This document shows positions 19,638 through 28,390 of a stretch of DNA of 52,239 bases, piece after piece. This stretch comes from a virus. Lineage: Duplodnaviria; Caudoviricetes. Position 1 is the first letter of the stretch; every line of letters begins with the position of its first letter. The notes under the pieces are model-generated. The model was not told where the DNA came from, did no database searches, and saw nothing but the letters and a program-made list of their open reading frames with translations. Made by a program: the position numbers and the translations under genes. The stretch covers positions 1-52,239 of IMG/VR virus record IMGVR_UViG_3300009158_000066, one strand, 5' to 3'.

Positions 19638-21043
19638 ATATTGCTCATTCCTTGAGCGATAGTCTTTAATCCTGACTCTACACCTTGTAACGTTTGTAGC
19701 CCGCTTGGAAGTTCTGCTGGTTTTGATATAGTCTCTAATCTTGCTAAAATATTAGCATATTCTCTACTTAGTCCGTATTTTTTAGATACAGAATTTATAT
19801 CTTTTATACTCTGAATAACATCAGCAGTGGCAGCTTTAAGCTGTGGGTAATTAACTATTTGATCTTCTCCACCTATATACGCTTCAAGAGATGTATTATC
19901 AAACTTAAAAATCCCTTCTAAGATATTGTAATACATTCTTGCAAGAATGTTTGCATCTAACTGACCTTCATTCACAGTTTTCTTGGTAGCAGAACTAAAA
20001 ACTGGAGCAGTACCTGCAGGGTTATTTTCAATAGCAGAATTATCTGCTGTTGGTGTAGCTGTTAAAGATGGGTCAATTAACGTCTTCCACTGGCCGAGAA
20101 CGTTTTTACAAAAAGTCAATAAACTTTCACTGATAGAACTTATATTGTCTATAATATTTTTAGACTCGGGGTCATCAGCTTTAAAATTCTTTCTTATACC
20201 AGCAAGCCATGGCGCCTTAAAAGTCTTGCCTGCTTGTGATGCAGTCTTAAGAAAGCTCATTGTCGGGTTGAACATAAAACCAGCACGTGTAAGATACTCT
20301 TGATATTCATGTAAGAACACACCATAACTATCTGCAGCTTTTGAGTTTTCTGTATCATTGTGATGAGATGCAATAGCTAGAGCTGTACCGTGCCATAAAC
20401 TATGTGAGATTATAGTGTTAATAGAGACTGCATCTGAAGTATCACCTCTTAAAGCTTTACGTATAAGAGCTGGTATACGTGGGTTGTCACCTACTTGGTT
20501 AAGAAAAGCTTCTTGGTTAGCACCATCTTTTTCGTATATATCAATAAACTCCTTACCTGGACCCGTGGGAGCAGCCCATCGCGTAAACAATGTTAATAAT
20601 ATCTCTTCTAGAGATCCAAAACCTGTAGGGGGAGAGGTACTAGCATATTTCGTGTTGTCAGGTTTTTGACCTGATACTAACAAATTCTTAATTGTATCTT
20701 TAGAAAGAATTGCTGGTAACTCTTTTTTGGTTGCATCAGTTAATGTAGCCCCCGGTATACTTTGCGGTGATGCAACAATTGCTTTATTATCTCCAAAAAA
20801 TATAGACAATATAATTAACGTAGGTGCATTGTTACCTGTACTTGAAATAGCGCTTTCTGGCACACGATAAGAACCAGAACCTGCTGTCATACCGACTTTT
20901 ATAGCATCATCACCTACACGTTTTATAGAATCTGGAGATATTGAGTTAAAATACTCAACAAACGATTTTGTCCATGAATCTATTATAGCCTCCGAAAGAA
21001 TATGTCGTTTGACTGCAAAACTATACAACTCATTAAATCTCAT
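19634..21043 (-). CDS. Hypothetical late protein, candidate internal head/ejection protein
   Basis: 469 aa; MRFNELY...ILSEA start; late motif in a hairpin loop upstream. Confidence 0.7.
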   Translation of the reverse strand: MRFNELYSFAVKRHILSEAIIDSWTKSFVEYFNSISPDSIKRVGDDAIKVGMTAGSGSYRVPESAISSTGNNAPTLIILSIFFGDNKAIVASPQSIPGATLTDATKKELPAILSKDTIKNLLVSGQKPDNTKYASTSPPTGFGSLEEILLTLFTRWAAPTGPGKEFIDIYEKDGANQEAFLNQVGDNPRIPALIRKALRGDTSDAVSINTIISHSLWHGTALAIASHHNDTENSKAADSYGVFLHEYQEYLTRAGFMFNPTMSFLKTASQAGKTFKAPWLAGIRKNFKADDPESKNIIDNISSISESLLTFCKNVLGQWKTLIDPSLTATPTADNSAIENNPAGTAPVFSSATKKTVNEGQLDANILARMYYNILEGIFKFDNTSLEAYIGGEDQIVNYPQLKAATADVIQSIKDINSVSKKYGLSREYANILARLETISKPAELPSGLQTLQGVESGLKTIAQGMSNI

Positions 21044-21076
21044 ACAATATATCTTTATTTATGAGATATATTGTAT
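21042..21076 (-). promoter_or_regulatory. 13 bp perfect hairpin overlapping the start codon, with late promoter-like CATAAATA (minus strand) in the loop
   Basis: atacaatatatct-ttatttatg-agatatattgtat. Confidence 0.7.
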
Positions 21077-21077
21077 T

Positions 21078-21695
21078 TTAGCTATAGATTAAACTACCAT
21101 CTTGTTCAGTAAAAAAAGCACCATCTGACTTGAGATACAACTTTATCATCTCACAGCGAAGATCAGGTGGTCCGTTTAGTGTTATAACAGCAGGACAATT
21201 GTCTAAAGGAAAGAATATATCCTTACCTCTTTCATATGTACCTACAACAGCGCTAAAAATATTATCGATTTCATCAATATACGCTTCGTCAATCTCTCTG
21301 TTTTCTTTTTCTTCTAATTTAATTTCTCTACTTCTTGGTACATAAAAAATAATATCATATTTTGATATTACATCGCGTATCTTGTATTTTGTAGTTATTA
21401 CAAAATCATCAGTGACCTTCTTATTAGCATGCAACCACAACGTATGTACAGCATTGTCTATAACACATCTATCTAATACTGTATTAGGTGTAGCTGTATT
21501 AATTTCTTCTATTAAAGCATCTAGAATAATAGATTGAGACTCTTTAGTACCTTGTTTATTAATATCTAGACCTTTCTCTAAAATTAAGTCTCTGTAAGTT
21601 TTTTCTGACTTCTTAAAATTAGGCCAATTTTTAATAAACTGTTCAATTAATGTAGTCTTACCACTACATGCACTACCCATAAAAGCTATTTTCAT
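21078..21695 (-). CDS. P-loop nucleotide kinase-like protein (AAA_28/NadR-type)
   Basis: GSACSGKTT, VLDRCVID, YDIIFY; directly downstream of queE. Confidence 0.8.
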   Translation of the reverse strand: MKIAFMGSACSGKTTLIEQFIKNWPNFKKSEKTYRDLILEKGLDINKQGTKESQSIILDALIEEINTATPNTVLDRCVIDNAVHTLWLHANKKVTDDFVITTKYKIRDVISKYDIIFYVPRSREIKLEEKENREIDEAYIDEIDNIFSAVVGTYERGKDIFFPLDNCPAVITLNGPPDLRCEMIKLYLKSDGAFFTEQDGSLIYS

Positions 21696-21714
21696 AAAGT
21701 TAACTTATAACAAA

Positions 21715-22533
21715 CTACACACCAGTACAACTACCCCATGCAGATATATGCAAACGTTGTAGACCTCTAATTCCATATTTTTTAGACATCTCTAAGATAA
21801 AATTTGTACGCTCGTGAAAGTCTTCCTGCTTATCCAAGCCAGGCATCATACAAACACTCTTGATAGTTATATCAAACGGTTCAATATAACTTGCAAACAC
21901 TTCTTTTATATCATCTTCTGTACTTACTACAAACTTAAAACTATGGTTCTTATGAGTCTTAATAATCTGAATAGCTTCAGGGTTGATTCTCATCTCTTTA
22001 GACATACCGCTATTATCTAATTTAGCAGAACAGTTTATTTGATCTAGTCTATTCAATAATGCATCGTCAATACGTATTGTACCGTTTGTCTCAATTTCAT
22101 TAAATGTATTACCTTCTGGGTCAAACCACTCAAGAAACTCTACAATAGCTTTTTGATGCTTGGGTATTGTAGGTTCACCACCAGTCCATATCAAATGAAC
22201 CAACCCATTCTTAACGTTCTCTAAGATGCCTAAAGAAACCCAATCATCAACAAGATATTGAAACGGCTTGTAATTACCCTTGACCCATACAGGTGCACTA
22301 TCACACGTCCATGTAGCCTTACCTTCACGCTGAAGGGCTCCAATCAGATTACCACCAGCAACATATTCTTCAGTACTCTTCATCTCTTTTGTAAGAGATA
22401 TAATCTCTTGTGCAAGTAAACCGCAGCGAAGATTGCAGGATTTTAACCTTATAAAGTAAGCAGGTATACCTGTTGATATACCTTCACCTTGAACACTATA
22501 AAAACTCTCAGATATCTCTAGATGATCTTTCAT
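21715..22533 (-). CDS. queE: 7-carboxy-7-deazaguanine synthase (radical SAM)
   Basis: ESFYSVQGEG..G.PAYFIRL..CNLRC, WTCDS, TGGEP, IETNGT, SAKL, FKFVV, MMP, RLH..W. Confidence 0.9.
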   Translation of the reverse strand: MKDHLEISESFYSVQGEGISTGIPAYFIRLKSCNLRCGLLAQEIISLTKEMKSTEEYVAGGNLIGALQREGKATWTCDSAPVWVKGNYKPFQYLVDDWVSLGILENVKNGLVHLIWTGGEPTIPKHQKAIVEFLEWFDPEGNTFNEIETNGTIRIDDALLNRLDQINCSAKLDNSGMSKEMRINPEAIQIIKTHKNHSFKFVVSTEDDIKEVFASYIEPFDITIKSVCMMPGLDKQEDFHERTNFILEMSKKYGIRGLQRLHISAWGSCTGV

Positions 22534-22536
22534 ATA

Positions 22537-22851
22537 TTAATCAATATTAGACACTTGAGAAGTAACATCTACAACTTTTATATTTCTTTTGAAATGTTCT
22601 AATATATCTTTCGTCCACTCATCCTCAAACACAGGGGCTTCTCCTTTTTTAGTTCGATATGCATATGCTTGAATTTTCTCAAGATCAATATCATCTATTT
22701 CTTTTTCAATAACTTTTGAAACACCCACCATATCTCTCAAGTCATCTGAATCCCAATCAGCTGTAATATCTGATGTACAGCTGAATAGTAGTGATTGAAG
22801 CAGTAAGTTAGCTTGTCTATTTGTTAATTTTAGTGTTACACGATCGCTCAT
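22537..22851 (-). CDS. Hypothetical protein
   Basis: 104 aa ORF immediately upstream of queE. Confidence 0.65.
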   Translation of the reverse strand: MSDRVTLKLTNRQANLLLQSLLFSCTSDITADWDSDDLRDMVGVSKVIEKEIDDIDLEKIQAYAYRTKKGEAPVFEDEWTKDILEHFKRNIKVVDVTSQVSNID

Positions 22852-22877
22852 GTAAGTTAATATACTATAAATATATA

Positions 22878-23243
22878 CTACTTCAACGTCAGGATGTATT
22901 TAAATTTATTTAAATGTCCAACTATCTCGTCTCGTATGTTTAAAAGATCTGTATCTTTTGTAGTATTTAATAAAGAAGGTAGTTCGATCTGAAGAGTATC
23001 AATAGTCATATCTATCAATTCAGATATCCTTACATTGTCTATATCTATAATATCAAATGTGTTTTGTTGAAAGACTAATCTACCATATTTCCCTTGATAC
23101 GTCTCGACTAGAGTGTCAAGCGATTCACCTAAATCAGCATAAGCAGTGCCGTAGGCTACATGTCTACTGTATGCTTTAGTCTGCCAATGCAATATACGTA
23201 TCTGTTCCTGCAATTTTATTAACTGTACTACAACGTGTGTCAT
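22878..23243 (-). CDS. Ferritin/Dps-like four-helix protein
   Basis: LHWQTKAYSRHVAYG..Y..L...LDTLVETYQGKYGR...LLNIRDEI...LNKFKYILTL. Confidence 0.75.
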   Translation of the reverse strand: MTHVVVQLIKLQEQIRILHWQTKAYSRHVAYGTAYADLGESLDTLVETYQGKYGRLVFQQNTFDIIDIDNVRISELIDMTIDTLQIELPSLLNTTKDTDLLNIRDEIVGHLNKFKYILTLK

Positions 23244-23246
23244 ATA

Positions 23247-23972
23247 TTACCTTGGCGCCTGTGTTGTTGGCGGTACTTGACCTGTTGGTGCAGCTGATGC
23301 AGCTGGAGCTGTGGTTGCAGGTGTAGGGGCTGCAGCAGGAGGTGTGTTGGTAAGATTCTTATTGGTTGTAAGCATTTGATGTAGATCATCTGTAGTGTGA
23401 CCTATCATTTTTGCAAATGCAGACGCTGCAGCCTGTACTTCAGGCTTTTGTAGTAATTGAGCAGAATTTGGGGCTGCAGATGGTGCAGGAGCTGTTGTTG
23501 TTCCTGGTGCCGCTGGCTTTTGCTGTTGTGAGTTAGCATTCGCAGGTAGACCTGGTTGAGCTACTCCAGCTGGTAAATTTTCTTTTACGAGATAATCAAA
23601 ACGTTTACCACTTGCTGCAATTGCATTCATATCGTTTATATATGCAACCTTAAACTTATTGCAGCTTTCACAGAAACCGCGAAGCTTTAACCTAAATTGA
23701 TCACGCGATTCAGTTAAATTAGATATTGGTGTGTTACACTTTTCGCATGCAACTTTCATTTTACCAATCTTCTTTTTCTTAGCTGAGTGACCTTTTGCAT
23801 ACAAACTACCACCTTTTGCAAATGGATTGCCGCTCTTAGAGCTGCTTTTTGAGTCATCTTTATCTTCTTCACTATTTTTTTCTTTCTTAGCAAATGGATT
23901 TACTCCCTTTTGAAAAGGTACAAATCCCTTCTTCTTTTTTTCGTTTAAGTGTTCTTCAGATAAATTTCTCAT
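23247..23972 (-). CDS. Hypothetical protein with NPFAK repeats, CxxC...CxxC and Pro/Ala-rich tail
   Basis: 241 aa; CEKC and CESC pair; internal KRFDYLVKE. Confidence 0.7.
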   Translation of the reverse strand: MRNLSEEHLNEKKKKGFVPFQKGVNPFAKKEKNSEEDKDDSKSSSKSGNPFAKGGSLYAKGHSAKKKKIGKMKVACEKCNTPISNLTESRDQFRLKLRGFCESCNKFKVAYINDMNAIAASGKRFDYLVKENLPAGVAQPGLPANANSQQQKPAAPGTTTAPAPSAAPNSAQLLQKPEVQAAASAFAKMIGHTTDDLHQMLTTNKNLTNTPPAAAPTPATTAPAASAAPTGQVPPTTQAPR

Positions 23973-23983
23973 ATTACTTATTT

Positions 23984-24475
23984 TTATTTATTCTCAAACG
24001 TATCATTACTAGCAAAAATTGATGATTTAGATTTAAGTCTTTTCTTTAATGCTGTTAAATTATTGTTGATAACAAAGCGATTTAATGCATTTGCTGTAGA
24101 CTTTACACCTTCAAGACGTCTTTCAGCAGCGCAGGGTAACTCAACGTCGTCGCGGCGTGAGAGATAGAATACCGGTATTGGAGATGTCTTTTCTATCTTT
24201 TTAACTAGAATGTTCAAAAAGTCCAACTTTAACTGTTGACTTTTAAATTCTGACTGATAAAATACGATTGTAGATCTGAACTTTAGACTTTCACTGTTTA
24301 TTAGATCTAGAGAAGAAGTGACAAAATAGTGATATATAAGATTCAAAAGATCTTTATGAGCTTTTAGATTTAAATTCATTGAGCGCGCGGTCTGAAGCGC
24401 TTGTTTTGCTGCCTGCTCTAGGCACTTTATTCCATCAATAACAAGAACTCGGTGCTGAGGAAATGTTCTTTTCAT
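23984..24475 (-). CDS. Hypothetical protein
   Basis: 163 aa ORF. Confidence 0.65.
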   Translation of the reverse strand: MKRTFPQHRVLVIDGIKCLEQAAKQALQTARSMNLNLKAHKDLLNLIYHYFVTSSLDLINSESLKFRSTIVFYQSEFKSQQLKLDFLNILVKKIEKTSPIPVFYLSRRDDVELPCAAERRLEGVKSTANALNRFVINNNLTALKKRLKSKSSIFASNDTFENK

Positions 24476-24494
24476 ATATTGATTATATGAGATT

Positions 24495-25082
24495 TTACGA
24501 CTTTATAAAGTTAAAGATAGTATTTAGTGGAATATTATCGCGAATAGCCTGATCCATCACCTGTGCAAGATCGTTGAATATACCTGTAAGTTGCTCTTCA
24601 TAATAAAATAATTGCTCCTGCGGAATATTGCGTGTTGAAATTGTATTTTCTAATTGAAGTCTGGAAGTCAATATATCTACTTTTGTACCCAACATCTTTT
24701 TAATTGATATAATAGTTTGTGTTTCAGGGCTGTAAGATTTATGTTCTTCTATAGAATCTGGTCTCTTTATACAAGTACCTTCTTTATTAATTACACCTAG
24801 TTTATATGCATCAAATTCTTCATATGGTTTGGTTAGTAGTTGAAGAAGAATATTATTCATTAAAGCACTTTCTATGTGCTCTTTAAACATACCATTGAAC
24901 TGTATACCATGTACATGCATACCACCGGGGCCATATCTACATCCCTTTCCGTAGTTCATACTGCCACAGTAACTACACTTTTTAGGGTCATCTGGGTGGA
25001 CGTGTATACTGTTCGGGCTATATCTGCAACCTGAACCGAAATTACCGCTACCGCAATATACACATCTACTTTGTTGAGCCAT
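24495..25082 (-). CDS. Protein with duplicated Cys/His motif and a C-terminal domain of T4-like phage type
   Basis: CVYCGSGNFGSGCRYSP..IHVH and CSYCGSMNYGKGCRYGP..MHVH, then LLTKPYEEFDAYKLGVINKEG. Confidence 0.7.
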   Translation of the reverse strand: MAQQSRCVYCGSGNFGSGCRYSPNSIHVHPDDPKKCSYCGSMNYGKGCRYGPGGMHVHGIQFNGMFKEHIESALMNNILLQLLTKPYEEFDAYKLGVINKEGTCIKRPDSIEEHKSYSPETQTIISIKKMLGTKVDILTSRLQLENTISTRNIPQEQLFYYEEQLTGIFNDLAQVMDQAIRDNIPLNTIFNFIKS

Positions 25083-25083
25083 A

Positions 25084-25581
25084 TTATATAGTTTGATTAC
25101 TTAATATTTTTTCTTTATTATTCTCAATAAAATTGTCTGCTTTTACAAAAATATAAGCGTCTTTATAAACCATAAAGTTTTCTTGGTTGGAGTATAATTG
25201 TGTATGTTTCTTATCAAAAACAATAAATTCACCTTTATGATTTATCTTTATACATAAAAACCATAATGGTTTAGTTGTATTTTTAGCTTGTTCAAGCCAG
25301 TTGTTTAATTGCTCGCAATTATCAAAAAGACTGCTAAAAGCAAATTCTTTATAAAACTTACATTCAAAATCTACATGTGATAATTCATTAGGCACAATTA
25401 TATCACCTGAACATAAAAGAAGCTGACTACTTGTTAACTTATTAGCTCTAAAATTGTTTTTACCACCAACAAAAGCGCCACTATTAGGTATACGTTCAAA
25501 ATTAAGTTGAAAAATACTTGTCAATTTTTTTGCTAATGTACGCTCATAACTCTTCCCTTTGTTTTTATTGTAGTTACTCAT
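25084..25581 (-). CDS. Holliday junction resolvase-like PD-(D/E)xK nuclease
   Basis: KGKSYER, RIPNSGA, GDII, FECK, WLEQA. Confidence 0.8.
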   Translation of the reverse strand: MSNYNKNKGKSYERTLAKKLTSIFQLNFERIPNSGAFVGGKNNFRANKLTSSQLLLCSGDIIVPNELSHVDFECKFYKEFAFSSLFDNCEQLNNWLEQAKNTTKPLWFLCIKINHKGEFIVFDKKHTQLYSNQENFMVYKDAYIFVKADNFIENNKEKILSNQTI

Positions 25582-25823
25582 CTGTGATGCTTTTTCTTAT
25601 TCTTCTTATTGGTTGTTTTTTTAAGACCTTTATAGAGGGTAGTTGTTAATAGTTCTGGTTGAGATCTTTTAATTATCTTCCCACCACCAATAAGGCTAGC
25701 AACTCGTGCATCTCCATCGTTATACACTTTACCACTTGAAAAAACAGTATCACTAGGTGCCATACCAACACTTGCCATTGTTGTTTCTAATATTGCATTA
25801 ACTAGTTTGTCAAAATTTATCAT
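25578..25823 (-). CDS. Small basic late protein
   Basis: MINFDKLVNAILET start; TTAAATA upstream; Lys-rich C-terminus. Confidence 0.65.
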   Translation of the reverse strand: MINFDKLVNAILETTMASVGMAPSDTVFSSGKVYNDGDARVASLIGGGKIIKRSQPELLTTTLYKGLKKTTNKKNKKKHHR

Positions 25824-25895
25824 AACGATACTATTATTTAAGGTTGTTAGTTGAAATGTTTGGAAAAGCAGCTATTATTTAATTTATTAAATAAT

Positions 25896-26321
25896 ATGAC
25901 TGAACAGGAAACTCCAGCAGCAGAACAAACACTTTTTGAGCGTTATCATAACCAACTCACAAAGGTAGTATCTGTTGACGAGTTTAATATGAAACAAGTA
26001 CAGATGGATTTACCTGTACATAGACATTATTGGGTTGGAAGATTAATGCATCATAAATTTGAAATATCAAAATTACAAAAAACCCGTAAACAAGCTATAC
26101 ACAAGGTAGTTCAAAAGCTTCAAGATGAAAGTCCAATAAACCTTACATCAAAAAGTGCTTACAGTTCAGCAGAACAACATAGTGTTATTATTAAAATTGA
26201 TGAACAGATTACTGAGAATGAACTTCTTGTAGAGTATCTTTCAAAGATTGAAGCTAACTTTAGAAGCGTAAGTTACGATATCAAAAATTTAATAGAAATC
26301 ATTAGATTGGAAACAACATGA
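25896..26321 (+). CDS. uvsY: Recombination mediator, UvsY-like
   Basis: Helical ~140 aa protein ending YLSKIEANFRSVSYDIKNLIE, directly upstream of uvsW; ATG at 25896. Confidence 0.75.
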   Translation: MTEQETPAAEQTLFERYHNQLTKVVSVDEFNMKQVQMDLPVHRHYWVGRLMHHKFEISKLQKTRKQAIHKVVQKLQDESPINLTSKSAYSSAEQHSVIIKIDEQITENELLVEYLSKIEANFRSVSYDIKNLIEIIRLETT

Positions 26322-27787
26322 TAAACGTTATTTTTGATTTTGATTCAGGCAGAAAGAAAGCAATCCTCACATCAGACTGTTTGCAGGAGGTAAGGGAGTT
26401 CTTTTCTGTTGAAGATAAAACACAAAAATTTAAAAGACGTTTTTCTGTTGGTTGGAGACCTTCATCTAGAATATATGCAATTACACCTCAGGGTAGGTTT
26501 GATTTGAGATTGCATAATGAGATTTTAAGATACATAAAAAGTAAGCATGTATCTTGTAATGTTGAATATACAAATGCTTTTAAGACTGCAGGTAATATAC
26601 CTCGTCTTGATTCAAAAATTGTAACAACTTTAAAAATCCCTTTACGAGATTATCAACTTGAATGTGTTGAGCAAGCTCTTGATTTAGGTAGCGGTGTAAT
26701 TGTACTACCAACATCCGCGGGTAAGACATTAGTAATGGCTACTCTTGTATCTAGTATACAAGATCAATTATCATCAAGTTTTAAAACGCTAATACTTGTA
26801 CCAGATTTGCAATTAGTAATGCAATCTTGTAGTGACTTTATTGAGTATGGTATAGATGAATCAAGAATAACTAAATGGACTGGCTCTCATGAGCCTAACC
26901 CTGATGCAAGTATAATAGTTGCTAACAGTCAGATCTTGTTGTCTGAGAAACAAGATACAAGCATTTTAAAAAATATACAATTACTTGTTATAGATGAAGT
27001 ACATAAATTAAAGCAGTCTAATAAAATAAGTAAACTAGTTGCAAAAATACCTGCAAAAATGAGGTATGGTTTAACAGGTACTATGCCAGACGAGAACATA
27101 GATAGATGGCATATAATAGGTCAATTGGGTGATATTATATATAAAAAGAAAAGTATAGACCTTCGTGAGTTGAATTATATCTCAAGTGTGCGAGTAGTAA
27201 TACTTAAAATGATGTATGCAAATGTGCCATACATTGAAGCAAGCAATAGTTCAAATCCAACAGCTGCTTATGAACAGGAATTAGAGTTCCTTCAACACAA
27301 TAAATTTCGCAACAAGACAATACAAACGTTGGCAGATTCTTTAACAAAAAATACACTAATATTAGTAGATCGTATAGTTCATGGTGAGATTTTACTTGAA
27401 CAGCTAAAAGCAAATACCAAGAAAGAAGTTTACTTTATATGTGGGTCTGTCGAGCTTGAAGAGCGTGAGAGAGTTCGCAATTTAATGGAAACAAATGATA
27501 ATGTAGTGTGTGTAGCTATATCTAAAATTTTTAGTACAGGTGTAAATATTCGCAACTTACATTACATAGTATTTGCTAGTATTGGAAAAGCTAAAATAAA
27601 AATAATTCAAAGTATAGGGAGAAGCTTACGGTTACATTCAAGCAAGAAACAAGCGACTATATTTGATATAGGTGACGACATGCGGTACGGCAACAGTCAT
27701 CTTTTTGAAAGAATTTCACTTTACGATTCTGAGAGTATACCACACAGTACAAAAATTATTAAAGAACCCAATGAAAACAACAACTAA
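26318..27787 (+). CDS. uvsW: SF2 DNA helicase UvsW
   Basis: LRDYQ, PTSAGKT, DEVH, GLTGT, FSTGVNI, QSIGRSLR. Confidence 0.95.
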   Translation: MINVIFDFDSGRKKAILTSDCLQEVREFFSVEDKTQKFKRRFSVGWRPSSRIYAITPQGRFDLRLHNEILRYIKSKHVSCNVEYTNAFKTAGNIPRLDSKIVTTLKIPLRDYQLECVEQALDLGSGVIVLPTSAGKTLVMATLVSSIQDQLSSSFKTLILVPDLQLVMQSCSDFIEYGIDESRITKWTGSHEPNPDASIIVANSQILLSEKQDTSILKNIQLLVIDEVHKLKQSNKISKLVAKIPAKMRYGLTGTMPDENIDRWHIIGQLGDIIYKKKSIDLRELNYISSVRVVILKMMYANVPYIEASNSSNPTAAYEQELEFLQHNKFRNKTIQTLADSLTKNTLILVDRIVHGEILLEQLKANTKKEVYFICGSVELEERERVRNLMETNDNVVCVAISKIFSTGVNIRNLHYIVFASIGKAKIKIIQSIGRSLRLHSSKKQATIFDIGDDMRYGNSHLFERISLYDSESIPHSTKIIKEPNENNN

Positions 27788-28358
27788 AAAACAAACAGAT
27801 TCTCTCATAGATGACGATATAAGTTCAATAGATTTAGGTGACTTATTAGATAAACCAAAAAAGCGTATTAGGAGAACAAAGGAAGAGTTGAAACCTAACT
27901 ATGTTGATCCAAAAGAAATGGAAGAAAGTATAAAAGCATATTATGCATGTGGAGTAATACCTGAAAGTTTAGCAGATTCAATACAAAAGATTGCTACACG
28001 TTTGGGGTATGCACAGAATTTTATAAATTATTCCTACAAAGAAGAAATGATTGGTGACGCAGTAATCAAAATGATGACAGCGTTGATGAGAAATAGATTT
28101 AAAGTAGATAGTGGCTATAACCCGTTTAGTTATTTCACTAAAGTTGCATATAGAGCGTTTCAGAATCGGATCAAGCGAGAGAAGAAAGAACACGACACTA
28201 TGCGTAGATATCAGGCAGATGTTTATAGTGCTTTAGCAGAGGGTGGTATGTTGCCTGCTAGAAAGAATCGTAGAGAGTGTGAGGATGAAGGCAATAGTTA
28301 TTATGACGATGATCATGTAGAGGCTGAGACAGTTGAATTTGCTGAAGAAACAGAGTAG
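27771..28358 (+). CDS. gp55: Late transcription sigma factor gp55
   Basis: NYVD, IATRL...NFINYSYKEEMIGDA, NPFSYFT...AFQNRIKREKK; precedes gp47/gp46; ATG at 27771. Confidence 0.9.
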   Translation: MKTTTKKQTDSLIDDDISSIDLGDLLDKPKKRIRRTKEELKPNYVDPKEMEESIKAYYACGVIPESLADSIQKIATRLGYAQNFINYSYKEEMIGDAVIKMMTALMRNRFKVDSGYNPFSYFTKVAYRAFQNRIKREKKEHDTMRRYQADVYSALAEGGMLPARKNRRECEDEGNSYYDDDHVEAETVEFAEETE

Positions 28359-28390
28359 AAAAACACACATAAAGAGACTACCATCGATTA

